Shown one piece after another: positions 38,546 to 48,885 of a stretch of DNA of 64,000 bases (its first letter is position 1; each line of letters opens with the position of its first letter). The stretch is taken from positions 1,664,001 through 1,728,000 of the forward strand of contig CBDFGR010000002.1 in NCBI GenBank assembly GCA_965247115.1, read 5' to 3'. The stretch comes from Myxococcota bacterium (lineage in GTDB: Bacteria; Myxococcota_A; UBA9160; SZUA-336). A program made the position numbers and the translations under genes. The notes under the pieces are model-generated. The model searched no databases. It worked only from the letters and a program-made list of their open reading frames with translations, and was not told the origin of the DNA.

Positions 38546-39814
38546 GTGGCTCGCTACTGGCCCCGACGCTACACGGTCGTAGGTCTCTGCTTCTTCGCCA
38601 CGCTCATCTGCTACGTCGATCGGGTGAACATCTCGGTCGCGATCATCCCGATGGCGGAGGAGTTCGGGTGGGATCGTACGACCCAGGGTGTAGTACTCTC
38701 GTCGTTCTTCTACGGCTACCTCGCGACACAGATCCTGGGTGGCTGGCTGTCGGACCGCTACGGCGGCAAGGTCGTCCTCTCCGTAGGAGTCCTGCTGTGG
38801 TCCTTCTTCACGATTGTGACCCCGCCCGCCGCCGTCGCGTCGTTCGTGGTCCTCTTCTTGGTCAGGGTGGGGATGGGACTTGCCGAGGGCGTCTCCTTCC
38901 CGGCGTTCTACAGCTTGTTCGCGCGCTGGATCCCGAGTGGCGAGCGCACTCGCGCGATTGGGCTGATCACGAGCGGCGTTCCGCTCGGCACGGTCGGGGC
39001 GTTGTTCCTGACGCCCTACATCGTCGTGTACTGGGGCTGGCCAATGGCCTTCTACCTGTTCGGCGCGCTCGGCGTCATCTGGTACGCGATCTGGCAGCTG
39101 CGGGTGACTGCCCTTCCCGAGGATCACCCCACGATACGGCCCGAAGAGCTCGAGCTGATCGGCCGCCTCGCCACCACTCCGGATGCCGCTGCTCGACCGG
39201 CGAACCCACCCTGGCGCAAGCTCCTCTCCAGCGCGCCGGTCTGGGCGCTCATCATTTGCCACTTCTGCAGCAACTGGGGCTTCTACGTACTGCTCACGTG
39301 GCTCCCTGTGTTCGTCAATCAGGAGCTGGGTATCGACCTGGCTCAGGTGGGGCTCTACTCCCTACTACCCCACCTCGTCGCGTTCGCGATGATCAATGTC
39401 GCGTGCACGATCGCCGATGGCCTGATCCGGCGCGGGCTCTCGGTGACGACCACCCGAAAACTGATGCAGACGATCGGCTCCGTCGGTGCCGCCGCCTTCC
39501 TTCTCGCGGTCAGTAGTGTGAGCTCAGCCGTCGGCGCGATCGCCTGCATCTGTGCGGTGTTCGCGCTCGGGTCATTTCAGGTGGGTGGCTCTGGCGTAAA
39601 TCACCTGGACATTGGACCCCGGTATGCGGGCGTGCTGCTCGGCATTTCCAATATGGCGGGCACGCTTCCCGGGGTCGTCGGCGTCACACTTACTGGCTTC
39701 ATTCTCGACGCGACCGGGTCGTGGGCCCTCGTGTTCGGCATCGCCGCGGGCTTCTACCTGCTCGGCCTCGTGTTCTGGCTGACCTGGTCGACGGGCGAGC
39801 AGATCTTCGACTGA
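38546..39814 (+). CDS. MFS transporter, ACS (SLC17-like) family
   Basis: YVDRVNISVAII, LSSFFYGY, LLTWLP, VNHLDIGPRYAG. Confidence 0.9.
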   Translation: MARYWPRRYTVVGLCFFATLICYVDRVNISVAIIPMAEEFGWDRTTQGVVLSSFFYGYLATQILGGWLSDRYGGKVVLSVGVLLWSFFTIVTPPAAVASFVVLFLVRVGMGLAEGVSFPAFYSLFARWIPSGERTRAIGLITSGVPLGTVGALFLTPYIVVYWGWPMAFYLFGALGVIWYAIWQLRVTALPEDHPTIRPEELELIGRLATTPDAAARPANPPWRKLLSSAPVWALIICHFCSNWGFYVLLTWLPVFVNQELGIDLAQVGLYSLLPHLVAFAMINVACTIADGLIRRGLSVTTTRKLMQTIGSVGAAAFLLAVSSVSSAVGAIACICAVFALGSFQVGGSGVNHLDIGPRYAGVLLGISNMAGTLPGVVGVTLTGFILDATGSWALVFGIAAGFYLLGLVFWLTWSTGEQIFD

Positions 39815-39881
39815 GGAGCTCCAGTCGGCTACACCGAGAGATCTCCTAAAACTCCCTATCCTCTCCCGCTAAGATAGGTGC

Positions 39882-41519
39882 ATGGAGTTCAATCTGGCGC
39901 AGCTGCAGGAGGCGATTGCGGAGGAGATTCCGGAGCGGACGTGTCTCGTGTTTCGGGACCGGCGGCTCTCCTGGCGGGACATGAACGAGCGCACGCGCAG
40001 GCTCGGGAACTACCTGCTGTCACGCGGGCTCGGACTGCGCACCGAGAGAAGTGGGCTCGCCGGCTGGGAGTCGGGGCAGGATCACCTGGCGCTCTACCTC
40101 TACAACTGCAGCGAGTACATCGAGGGGATGCTCGGGGCCTATAAGGCCCGGGGCGTGCCCTTCAACGTGAACTACCGCTACGTCGAGGAGGAGCTCGTCT
40201 ACCTGCTCAAGGATGCCCGTGCGCGCGGCATCGTCTACCACGCGCGGTTTGCAGCGCTGCTCGAGAAGATCCTGCCCGAGCTCCCCGAGCTCGAGGTGTT
40301 GATCCAGGTGAGCGACGAGTCGGGATACGCGCTCTTGCCGGGAGCGGTCGAATACGAGGCGGCGCTGGCGGCAGCGTCGCCGGAGCGGCCCCGGCAAGAC
40401 TGGTCACCGGACGATCTCTACATCCTCTACACAGGCGGCACCACCGGCATGCCCAAGGGCGTGCTCTGGCGCCAGGGAGACATCTACATCGCGGGCCTCG
40501 GCGGGCGTCGGCCGGACGGCTCCGAGCCGGACTCGCTTGAGCAGATCGTGAAGCGCGCCAGCTCTCCCAGCAGGCGCACCATGCCCACGGCTCCGCTGAT
40601 GCACGGCGCCGCCCACTGGGCCGCGTTCACCTCCATCAACTCCGGGAATACGACCGTCCTGCAGAGCGTCACGGAGCACCTCGACGCGGACGACGTCCTC
40701 TCCACCGCCGCGCGCGAAGGCGTGGAGGCCATGCTGATCGTGGGGGACGCGTTCGCCCGTCCGCTACTCGATCAGATGGACCGGAAGGAGTACGACCTCT
40801 CGAAGCTCGCAGCGCTGATCTCCGGCGGTGCGTCGCTCAACGCAACGCTGAAAGAGCAGCTGCTCGAGCGGCTGCCGAACCTGACCATCATCGACAACGT
40901 CGGCTCTTCGGAGACGGGAACACAGGCCTCGAACGTGAGCACGGCCGGCTCGAAGGCCAGCACGGGCACCTTCTCGCTCGGTCACGGCGCCTGTGTGCTC
41001 AGCGAGGACATGACGCGCCTGGGGCAGCCGGGCGAGGAAGAAGTGGGCTGGTTCGCGCAGAGCGGACGCATCCCGCTCGGCTACCTGGGAGATCGCACGA
41101 AGACGGAGCGGGCCTTTCCGACCGTCGATGGAACGCGCTTCTCGGTGCCCGGCGACAGAGCTCGGGTGCGGGACGACGGCATCCTCGAGCTGCTGGGACG
41201 CGACTCGGTCACGATCACATCAGGGGGCGAGAAGATCTTCGCGGAGGAGGTGGAGCACGCCTTGAAGCAGCATCCCGCGGTGTACGACGCCGTTGTGTGC
41301 GGTCGTCCGAGCGAACGCTGGGGCAACGAGGTCGTCGCCATCGTACGCCTCCGCGAAGGGAGCGCGGCGGACGAGGCCGAGCTACGTGACGAGTGCGCGC
41401 GCCATATCGCCCGCTACAAGCTCCCCAAGGCCTTCGCCTTTCGCGACGAGATCGTCCGCAGCCCGAGCGGCAAGGCGGACTACCGCTGGGCGAAGGAGCA
41501 GGCACTGAGCGGAGGCTAG
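39882..41519 (+). CDS. Acyl-CoA synthetase (FadD19-like)
   Basis: NVNYRY, YTGGTTGMPKGV, GSSETG, GGEKIFAEEVE, SGKADY. Confidence 0.92.
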   Translation: MEFNLAQLQEAIAEEIPERTCLVFRDRRLSWRDMNERTRRLGNYLLSRGLGLRTERSGLAGWESGQDHLALYLYNCSEYIEGMLGAYKARGVPFNVNYRYVEEELVYLLKDARARGIVYHARFAALLEKILPELPELEVLIQVSDESGYALLPGAVEYEAALAAASPERPRQDWSPDDLYILYTGGTTGMPKGVLWRQGDIYIAGLGGRRPDGSEPDSLEQIVKRASSPSRRTMPTAPLMHGAAHWAAFTSINSGNTTVLQSVTEHLDADDVLSTAAREGVEAMLIVGDAFARPLLDQMDRKEYDLSKLAALISGGASLNATLKEQLLERLPNLTIIDNVGSSETGTQASNVSTAGSKASTGTFSLGHGACVLSEDMTRLGQPGEEEVGWFAQSGRIPLGYLGDRTKTERAFPTVDGTRFSVPGDRARVRDDGILELLGRDSVTITSGGEKIFAEEVEHALKQHPAVYDAVVCGRPSERWGNEVVAIVRLREGSAADEAELRDECARHIARYKLPKAFAFRDEIVRSPSGKADYRWAKEQALSGG

Positions 41520-41572
41520 ATCCAGACCTCCGTCTGGCCCGCAGCGTCGAGCGATAGAGGCCTGGTAGTCGC

Positions 41573-42349
41573 TCATGTCAGGTTGAACCTCACGCCGCAG
41601 ACGTGGACCTCATTCTCGGCGTGCAGGTAGCCGCGCTCTCGTGCGGTCGCGATGATGGCCTCGCGGTCGGTCACCTGCAGATCGAGTCCGCCCAGTCCCT
41701 CTGGGCGCCCGTCGCTGCACGAGACGAAGCGCACCTCCGCGTTGTCCAGACGCAGCAAAGGAGCGCCAGCGGCGGTCTTAGCGACCGGCAGCTCGGCGAT
41801 CTCCGCCCAGCGAGCTGCCACCTTGTTCGGGTCGTCCACCTGGAGCTCGGCCGCAGCGATGCCGCGCACACGGTCCGTTCGCTGGGCCGCCTTCCAGTTC
41901 GCTCCGCCGGCGGGCAGCCAGGGGCCATCCGCGTCGTGGGCAGCGCCGCCGAGCTGCTCGTCGATCTCGAAGAACGAGCCACCCGTGTCCTTGGGATGCA
42001 TCTGCATGTTCCGGAACCGGTCCGGTACCTCGAACTGGTGTGCGATCCGGACGCCGAGCTCCGCCACGCGCTTGCGGCGGGGTGCGTGATCGTCGCACTG
42101 GGTGATCACCATGTAACCGCCCGCACCGTTCCGGCGTTCCAGGTAGCGACCGCCCGCGGTGCCCTCGCGGATCGGCGCGACGACTTCGATGAACTGGTTC
42201 CCGACGGGGAACAGCGCGTTCTCGAGCCCGAAAGCGTCGACGCCGGGGTCGCGAAAGCAGACCTCTAGCCCGAAGACACTGCAGAGATCGTCGACGATCG
42301 GCGCGAGTTCGGGTGCCACGAGCGCGATCTGACGCAGTCGAAGCCACAT
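41573..42349 (-). CDS. VOC/glyoxalase-like protein
   Basis: LRLRQIALVA, FGLENA, GGYMVI, HPKDTGG. Confidence 0.85.
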   Translation of the reverse strand: MWLRLRQIALVAPELAPIVDDLCSVFGLEVCFRDPGVDAFGLENALFPVGNQFIEVVAPIREGTAGGRYLERRNGAGGYMVITQCDDHAPRRKRVAELGVRIAHQFEVPDRFRNMQMHPKDTGGSFFEIDEQLGGAAHDADGPWLPAGGANWKAAQRTDRVRGIAAAELQVDDPNKVAARWAEIAELPVAKTAAGAPLLRLDNAEVRFVSCSDGRPEGLGGLDLQVTDREAIIATARERGYLHAENEVHVCGVRFNLT

Positions 42350-42595
42350 GGCCTGTACCTCCTGCGTCCCATCATGAACCCTGGAGGCAGCAGGTTCCAG
42401 CGCCACGTCGGTCAGTAGATGAGCGGGAGGACCTTCTTGAACTTCGGCAGGAACTCCTGGACCTGCTCGAGCTCCTCAATCGAGGAGTACCAGCAGGGTG
42501 CTTCGGCGAATTTTGTCAAAGTTAGCAACGAAAACCGAGTCCCGATTGAGTCGAGTCGCCAACCCAGATCCGCTAAATTGTTGAAATTCCTACGC

Positions 42596-42683
42596 GGAGA
42601 GGTGGCCGAGTGGTCGAAGGCGGCGGTCTTGAAAACCGCAGACCCGAGAGGGTCCGGGGGTTCGAATCCCTCCCTCTCCGCCA
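42596..42683 (+). tRNA. tRNA-Ser (anticodon UGA)
   Basis: GGAGAGG/CCTCTCC acceptor stem, GCGGT-CTTGAAA-ACCGC anticodon arm, long variable arm, GTTCGAATC, encoded CCA. Confidence 0.97.
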
Positions 42684-42705
42684 GAGCCTTCTGGATTTCT
42701 TCGGG

Positions 42706-43824
42706 CTACTCGCCGCTGAACGCGTACCCAGCGAGCAGTAGCGCGTACACGAGGGGAAACAGCCAACGCGACCTCCGGTCGATGAGCGTCGCGGTCTCGG
42801 GCGCGGCTTCGTTGTAGTGCGAGACCAGCATGCTCTGCACCACGGTTACCGCCAGCAAGACGAACGACACCAGCATCATCTTGTCGAGCACCGTGAGGTA
42901 GGCGATCCGTGGTAGGCCGTCGGCAATCACGAACTGATAGGCGACCACGGTTAGGACGCCGCTGGCGGTGATGCGGCTCCGGCCGGCCAGTCTTTCGTCG
43001 GTCATCCAGAAGACCGACCACGAAATGGCGACGATGATGAGGATCGGGAGCATCACCTTCCACAGGTAGAAGCCCGCGCGGCGCTCTACATCGATCTCGA
43101 ATACGAAGCGGGAAAACGGTCTTGCGCCTCGAGTCGAGGCAACCTCCTCGACGCGGCTGCTCACGCCGAGAAGCTCCCACTCCTGCATGGTGAAGTCCTG
43201 CGCGAAGCCCGTCGTCGTCGGGTCTGCCACGAACACCAGATCGTCGATCTGCCAGCGAAACGACTCGAGCGCCACCTCGAGTCGCTGCTGGTCGAAGGGG
43301 AAGCGGCGCAGGTCCAAGTCAGCGTGCACCTGTACGCTTATGTTGAGGTCGTTGTGCAGGGTGCCGTCCGGGGCAACCCGCATCACGCGCTCCGTGATCT
43401 CGAACGGGCCCGCGCGGTTAACGGGGAATCCGGCGGGCAACCAGATGCGTTCTCTCTCGCGCTCTGCGGCAGTACCGATGTAGACGCGCTCCAGCGTACC
43501 GACCTCGTCGGGGTCGTAGGCAAGTCGCGGATCGCACCAGGTCGCCCTCACGTGGCCTCGGAATGAGTACTCCTCCCGAACCGCGTCGAGCGCGCGCAGC
43601 TGCGTGATGAAGACCCCGGCCCCGACCAAGGTGGCGCCGTTCGGGTTGGGTGACGTCAACGGATCGGCTCCAGCGCCGAGATTTGCTCGTCCGTAGTCCA
43701 CGTTCGCACAGGCTGCGGGCGACCCGGTGAAGCCCGGGGTAGAAGCCGCGCGAGCCGTCCCGCCGAGCGCCGCAGCGCTCAACCACACCAGCAGTACTAC
43801 CACGTGTCCTGGAATGACCCTCAA
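42706..43824 (-). CDS. Prokaryotic pentameric ligand-gated ion channel (GLIC/ELIC-like)
   Basis: Signal peptide, WCDPRL, IWLP, Pro-loop DLRRFPFDQQ, four TM helices, LPRIAYLTVLD, RWLFP. Confidence 0.88.
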   Translation of the reverse strand: MRVIPGHVVVLLVWLSAAALGGTARAASTPGFTGSPAACANVDYGRANLGAGADPLTSPNPNGATLVGAGVFITQLRALDAVREEYSFRGHVRATWCDPRLAYDPDEVGTLERVYIGTAAERERERIWLPAGFPVNRAGPFEITERVMRVAPDGTLHNDLNISVQVHADLDLRRFPFDQQRLEVALESFRWQIDDLVFVADPTTTGFAQDFTMQEWELLGVSSRVEEVASTRGARPFSRFVFEIDVERRAGFYLWKVMLPILIIVAISWSVFWMTDERLAGRSRITASGVLTVVAYQFVIADGLPRIAYLTVLDKMMLVSFVLLAVTVVQSMLVSHYNEAAPETATLIDRRSRWLFPLVYALLLAGYAFSGE

Positions 43825-45404
43825 ACCGGCTCACCAAGCTCGCGGGCGCGGTCAAGCCGCGTTGCCTCATCGTGCGGCAGGTGCCTGCGCGCCATGACAA
43901 GGCAGACAATCGTCACGGCGAAAATCAGCAGTGATAGCGCCATTGCCAATCGCAGCGCTTCGCCGTCGCTCATGCCGGATGCGATGAACAGGTCGCTCGT
44001 TTGCCCGATCACGTCCGGGCCAAGGGCGAGACCGATGAACGTAACCAGCAAGATGTAGTATGCGCCGGCCACCGCGCGCATGCGTGGCATGACGAGATCG
44101 TTTGCAGTGCTTGGCGGCACGCCCGCCCACATCGAAGAAACCAAGACCAAGACAAAGTTCATGATGTAGGCTGTGTTTAGGCTGTCGGTATAGATCATCC
44201 ACAGCGCTGCGGGCGTCATGGCGACGATGCAGATGTAGCCGATCAAAATGCGCCCGCCCGCGACGCGCAGCTTCAGCCAGTCTGCCAGCACGCCGCCCGA
44301 TGTGGAGCCAATCAACCCGCCAGCCGCTGCGCCGAAACCGATATACAACCCAACCTCGGTTGCGCTCACACCGTGCAGGCGCATCAAGAGCGGCGCTGTC
44401 CAGAAGCCAACACCGTACATGACGAAACCGATGCTGGGGAACGCAACGAGCGCGTACATCAGCGCCCTCGATCGAAAAATCATCGAGAACGTGGCCGGGT
44501 CGCGAATCTTGAGCGATTGCGCCCATGAGAACGTGACGTACACCCCAATTCCGGTCGCGATCCACTGCGCGACGCTGCCGGTCAATGCGATGAGCAGAAC
44601 GGCAACGATGACGAGCCCGAGCGCGGCCACGCCGTTGATCGAAAGTGCTGGGCGGTGTGCCATGAGGCCGATCAGGTTGAGCGGCGGGATTATAGAAGCA
44701 AGCTCAGACCCGAGGACCCGCAGCGGTTGCGGGTGGGTCTCCGTGACGAGACCTTCGGTGATGCCCCGGGTCGGTTCTCGCAAGGAGCGTACCCACGCAG
44801 CGACCAGAATCCCCGGTACGCCTACCACCATGAACGCAACGTGCCAGCCTTTCAGTCCGAACGGCGCGTCGGACGTATTCGGATACCAGGCGCTCCATGT
44901 GTCGAGAATGGAGCCGCCGAGCCAGAGCCCGACGCCGGCGCCGATGAACACACCGGCCGAGTAGATGGCAATGACCGTGGCACGGCGTTCCGCCGAGTAG
45001 TAGTCGGACAACAGCGAGTACGCCGCGGGTGATGCGCTGGCCTCGCCGATGCCGACGCCGATCCGGCACAGCGCGAGAACCGGAAACGACCGTGCGAGCC
45101 CGGAGAGCGCCGTCATGGCGCTCCACACCACGAGCCCACTGGCGATCAGGCTACGGCGGACCCAGACGTCGGCGAGACGCGCGAGCGGGATGCCGAAGAC
45201 CGCATAGAACACGGCGAACACGGTGCCGTAAAGGAACCCCATCTGCGCGTCGGTGATTCCAAGGTCTGCCTTGATGTCCTCGGCGAGGATGGAAAGGATA
45301 TTGCGATCGATGAAGTTGAAGATATAGACGATGACCAGAACGGCCAGCACATAGTGCGAATAGAGCCCACCCGTCTTGGGTGCAGGTGCAGTGTTCTCCG
45401 CCAC
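43821..45404 (-). CDS. MFS transporter, spinster-like
   Basis: NFIDRNILSIL, GIPLARLAD, GIGEASASPAAYSLLSDYY. Confidence 0.9.
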   Translation of the reverse strand: MAENTAPAPKTGGLYSHYVLAVLVIVYIFNFIDRNILSILAEDIKADLGITDAQMGFLYGTVFAVFYAVFGIPLARLADVWVRRSLIASGLVVWSAMTALSGLARSFPVLALCRIGVGIGEASASPAAYSLLSDYYSAERRATVIAIYSAGVFIGAGVGLWLGGSILDTWSAWYPNTSDAPFGLKGWHVAFMVVGVPGILVAAWVRSLREPTRGITEGLVTETHPQPLRVLGSELASIIPPLNLIGLMAHRPALSINGVAALGLVIVAVLLIALTGSVAQWIATGIGVYVTFSWAQSLKIRDPATFSMIFRSRALMYALVAFPSIGFVMYGVGFWTAPLLMRLHGVSATEVGLYIGFGAAAGGLIGSTSGGVLADWLKLRVAGGRILIGYICIVAMTPAALWMIYTDSLNTAYIMNFVLVLVSSMWAGVPPSTANDLVMPRMRAVAGAYYILLVTFIGLALGPDVIGQTSDLFIASGMSDGEALRLAMALSLLIFAVTIVCLVMARRHLPHDEATRLDRARELGEPV

Positions 45405-45428
45405 GCTCGGTGACTGCTACGCTGACGG

Positions 45429-45602
45429 CTAGGCGCGCGTGGAGGCGGGAACCTCGTCCGGATGCTCCACCTCCCACGCGTAGTCGTAGCCCAGTCGGTC
45501 GGCCAGCTCGACCTGGTCCAAGGCCTGCTGGACCAGCTCGAACTCCGAGTCCTCGGTCCAGGGGCGGGGGAGCTGCAACTCGTAGAAGATCCCGAACTTC
45601 AT
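45429..45602 (-). pseudogene. Truncated luciferase-like monooxygenase (LLM class)
   Basis: MKFGIFYELQLPRPW...ADRLGYDYAWEVEH followed by PDEVPASTRA*; only 57 aa. Confidence 0.85.
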
Positions 45603-45722
45603 GCGCGTCCCCTTGGGTCTCGAGGAGCGCCATCATAACGGGTCTGCTCGACGGCTGTCTCGACGCGAGCCTCCGTGCAGCGCGCAGAGATTGCGCGCGC
45701 ACGTGGGGGCCGTGGATCGTCT

Positions 45723-46109
45723 CTACGCTGGCGCCGTGCCCTGGGCGAGCTCCCACGCGTTCCCGTCCGGATCGTAGAAGGAGGCGAGCTTCACCATGCC
45801 CCCGATGGCGCGCGTTGGACCGTCGAACCGGACCTGCTGACTCTCCAGTGCAGCACGCGTCTTCTCGACGTCGTTCACTCCCCAGGTAGGAACGGTGCTC
45901 CTGGAAGGCTCTGGGTTCTCGACCTGACTCAGCCCTACCGTCACGCCAGGGATGTGCGTGTCGAGCTCGCACCAGCCGATCTCGTCCACTTTGTACTTCA
46001 GCTTGAAGCCGAGGACCTTCTCATACCAGCCGATGGATGCATCGATGTCCTTGACGGATACGGCCAAAGTCACCTCTCTGGCGAATCCCAGTCCGTTGCT
46101 GTTTGCCAT
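45723..46109 (-). CDS. VOC family protein
   Basis: VKDIDASIGWYEKVLG, FYDPDGNAWEL. Confidence 0.9.
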   Translation of the reverse strand: MANSNGLGFAREVTLAVSVKDIDASIGWYEKVLGFKLKYKVDEIGWCELDTHIPGVTVGLSQVENPEPSRSTVPTWGVNDVEKTRAALESQQVRFDGPTRAIGGMVKLASFYDPDGNAWELAQGTAPA

Positions 46110-46162
46110 GTCGTTCCTTCCTGGTCCTGTTTTTATATCTGATATACTGCCTGGACGATCGA

Positions 46163-46735
46163 ATGGATGTCAAGCGCTCGGCCATTCCCCCCGAACTGAT
46201 CGTCCTCTGCGGCAGGACGTGGTCCCTTCCCGTTCTCGCGCACCTGCACGGCTTCGAGGGCGCTCGCTACGTCGAGCTGCTCCACGCCACGGGCGCGAGT
46301 CGAGGGTCGCTCTCCGACACGCTCAAGTCCCTCGGTCGGCTGGGCATGGTCACACCGAATCCCGGCTACGGACACCCGCTGCGGCCCGAGTACATGCTGA
46401 CCCCTGAGGGTTCTGGCGTCGCCCGGGCCAGCGCCGCCGTACTGGAGAGCGCGGATCGCCTGCGGATGCAGCGACGCCTGTTGCTCAGGAAGTGGTCCCT
46501 CCCGATCTTCCTCGCTCTGGGGCCGGAGACGCTCCGCTTTGGCCAGGTGCGCGCGCGCCTCGGACACCCGACGCCCCGCGCGATCTCGCTCGGTCTGAGA
46601 GATCTCGCGTCCGTCCGCTGGATCGATCGTCGGCTGATCGATCAATCGCCACCCTTCGCCGACTACACGCTTGCGACGCGCGCGCGACCGCTTCTGCGTC
46701 CGCTCCGGCGCCTCGCATCCGCGGCCACAGCCTGA
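46163..46735 (+). CDS. Tandem HxlR-type winged-helix regulator
   Basis: Two wHTH repeats (WSLPVL and KWSLPIF); NPGYGHPLRPEY. Confidence 0.8.
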   Translation: MDVKRSAIPPELIVLCGRTWSLPVLAHLHGFEGARYVELLHATGASRGSLSDTLKSLGRLGMVTPNPGYGHPLRPEYMLTPEGSGVARASAAVLESADRLRMQRRLLLRKWSLPIFLALGPETLRFGQVRARLGHPTPRAISLGLRDLASVRWIDRRLIDQSPPFADYTLATRARPLLRPLRRLASAATA

Positions 46736-46749
46736 CAGAAGCGGGCTCC

Positions 46750-47514
46750 TCAGGCGCCCATTCTCGAGACGGCGTCGCCGATGATCCGCGCAGCCTCCTT
46801 GTTGGCGCGGACTATGGTTCGCATGCCCCCGTCGACCTTGGCGGCGTCGCCGATCAGGCGCCAAACCTCGTGCACTTCGTCGTGGTGGGGCAGGCGCTCC
46901 ATCTCGATGAACCACGTTCGGATCTGGGGATACGCGCTGTAGTCGGTGCAATTGGCGTACTTCGCCTGATTTTGCCCGAGCTCCTCGTAGGCGAAGAGGT
47001 CGGCGATCGTGGGGTGGGGCCCTGCGGCGATGAAGCCGGTACGCGCAAGCATGCTGTCCACGATACGCAGCGCTCGCTCCGCAACCTCGGCACTGTCCGT
47101 GAGCCCCGTAAACGTGTTCTTCTGGAGCCACTCCTCGTCCGGGTTGTTTACGCCAGCCACGGTGGGCCACAGCGTCTGACTCCAGCGCGCCACGAGCTCG
47201 CGGGTGTTGCGGTGGTGAAAGTGGAGGTACTGATTGACGCGCGCGCGGTGGACGAGATTGTCGGGCCAGAAATCGCTCCACCCGTGCTTCTCGCACAGAT
47301 AGATCATGATCGCCGGGCTCTCCCACAGCGTAACGCCGTCGTCGTCGATCGCGGGCACCGTTCCTCGCGGATTGATGCCCTCGAGATATTCGGCCCGTTT
47401 GGCGTCCCGGCTCTGATCGGTCAGCTTCAGCTCAAACGGGAGTCCCTTGAGCAAACAAAGCCAAATGACCGACCGAACAGGCTGAGAATTTGGAATCCCG
47501 TAGACGATGAGCAT
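46750..47514 (-). CDS. Glutathione S-transferase, theta-like
   Basis: SQPVRSV, NPRGTVP, WESPAIMIYL, TIADL...EEL. Confidence 0.88.
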   Translation of the reverse strand: MLIVYGIPNSQPVRSVIWLCLLKGLPFELKLTDQSRDAKRAEYLEGINPRGTVPAIDDDGVTLWESPAIMIYLCEKHGWSDFWPDNLVHRARVNQYLHFHHRNTRELVARWSQTLWPTVAGVNNPDEEWLQKNTFTGLTDSAEVAERALRIVDSMLARTGFIAAGPHPTIADLFAYEELGQNQAKYANCTDYSAYPQIRTWFIEMERLPHHDEVHEVWRLIGDAAKVDGGMRTIVRANKEAARIIGDAVSRMGA

Positions 47515-47646
47515 GACACTCCTCGGGGCCTGGCGCCTCAGGCCGTCGCGACGAATCGCGTTCATGCGCACGCCTCCGTCGACCGGCTCTAGCTTACACC
47601 GACCCGAAGATCGACGGCGGGAGCCACCGGCTGCTAGGATCGGGTC

Positions 47647-48765
47647 ATGGCAGCTTTTGAATACGCTGAGTCGCGAGTTCCGGTGCGTGAGGATCTCGGG
47701 GTAGCACACCGGCAGATCTGGAAACGCCTCGCCGCGCCTGGCTGCTGGTGGACGGGCGCCGAGCGCGTCGCCATCGCGGCCGAGGTGCGAAACGCCCCGC
47801 GCTGCCCGCTCTGTCGGGAGCGCAAGCAGGCGCCCTCCCCGTACGCGATCGAAGGGGAGCACGACCACCTCGGCGCGCTGCCCGCTGCGGCGGTAGACGT
47901 GATCCACCGAGTGATGACCGACCCGAGCCGGCTGTCCAAGGCGTGGGCCGAGAAGACGCTTGCCGGCGGCATCAGCGACGGACACTTCGTGGAGCTGCTC
48001 GGTGTCGTCGTCGCTGTGGTGAGCATCGACAGCCTGCACCGCGGGCTCGGCGTTCCACCCGAAGCGCTGCCGGAGCCGCTCCCTGGGGAGCCGACGAACT
48101 ATCGGCCCGCGCAGGCCGTAGCCGGGACGGGCTTTGTTCCCATGCTTCCCGTGGATGGCGCCACTGGTCCGGAGGCGGACCTCTGGGATCCGGGGCACAC
48201 TGCCAACGTGATCCGCGCCATGAGCCTGGTCCCCGACGCGGTGCGAGACCTGCTGCTGCTCTCGAGAGCGCACTACCTGCCCGTCGCAAAAGTCGGGACC
48301 TTTGGCGCGAACGGCGGGCGGGCACTGGACCGGATGCAAATCGAGCTGATCGCCGGCCGTGTTTCGGCTCTCAACGAGTGCTTCTACTGAACGACGGCTC
48401 ATGCAATGGCGCTCCGGGGGAGCGCCCAGATCTCAGGCAGCCAGGTCGACGTCCACGCGATCACCGAAGGGAACACCGCGGACAGCGGGGTCGACCACGG
48501 GGCCGAGCTCGTCGCCTTTGCGGAGGCGGTCGTCGGTGAGGATGACGCTGCACTCGAGCGCGCCCGAAAAGAGCTGCTGGCCGCTGCCGGCCCGGACGCG
48601 CTGGTCGATGCTGCGGCAGTCGCCGGCAACTTCCAGCGCATGGTGCGGATCGCCGACGGTGCCGGCATTCCTCTCGACGGCGCGTTCGCTGAGAGGAGCG
48701 CCGACCTGCGCGAGGAGCTCGACCTGAGCCGCTACGCTTCGGCTGTGCACAGTCGCGTCAGCTGA
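47647..48765 (+). CDS. Alkylhydroperoxidase (AhpD)-related selenoprotein, Sec at 48388-48390
   Basis: In-frame read-through VSALNECFY-U-TTAHAMALR (CxxU, then His); downstream DAAAVAGNFQRMVRIADG completes the AhpD-like fold. Confidence 0.88.
48408..48426 (+). promoter_or_regulatory. SECIS-like hairpin
   Basis: GGCGCTCC[GGG]GGAGCGCC; loop begins 25 nt after the UGA. Confidence 0.7.
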
Positions 48766-48885
48766 CGGCGGCGCCTGACTCCATCATCGGAACGTCGCTG
48801 GCGCTCCGCTCTGAGCTGAGCCGGTACGCGGCGGCCCACTGAGGCTTATCTCACACTGTCGGCCCTGGGTGCCGATGACACCGAT

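Noticed and set aside
42596..42683. tRNA-Sec candidate, given the selenoprotein genes
   Set aside because: The anticodon is UGA (reads UCA, Ser), not UCA, and the acceptor stem is 7 bp.
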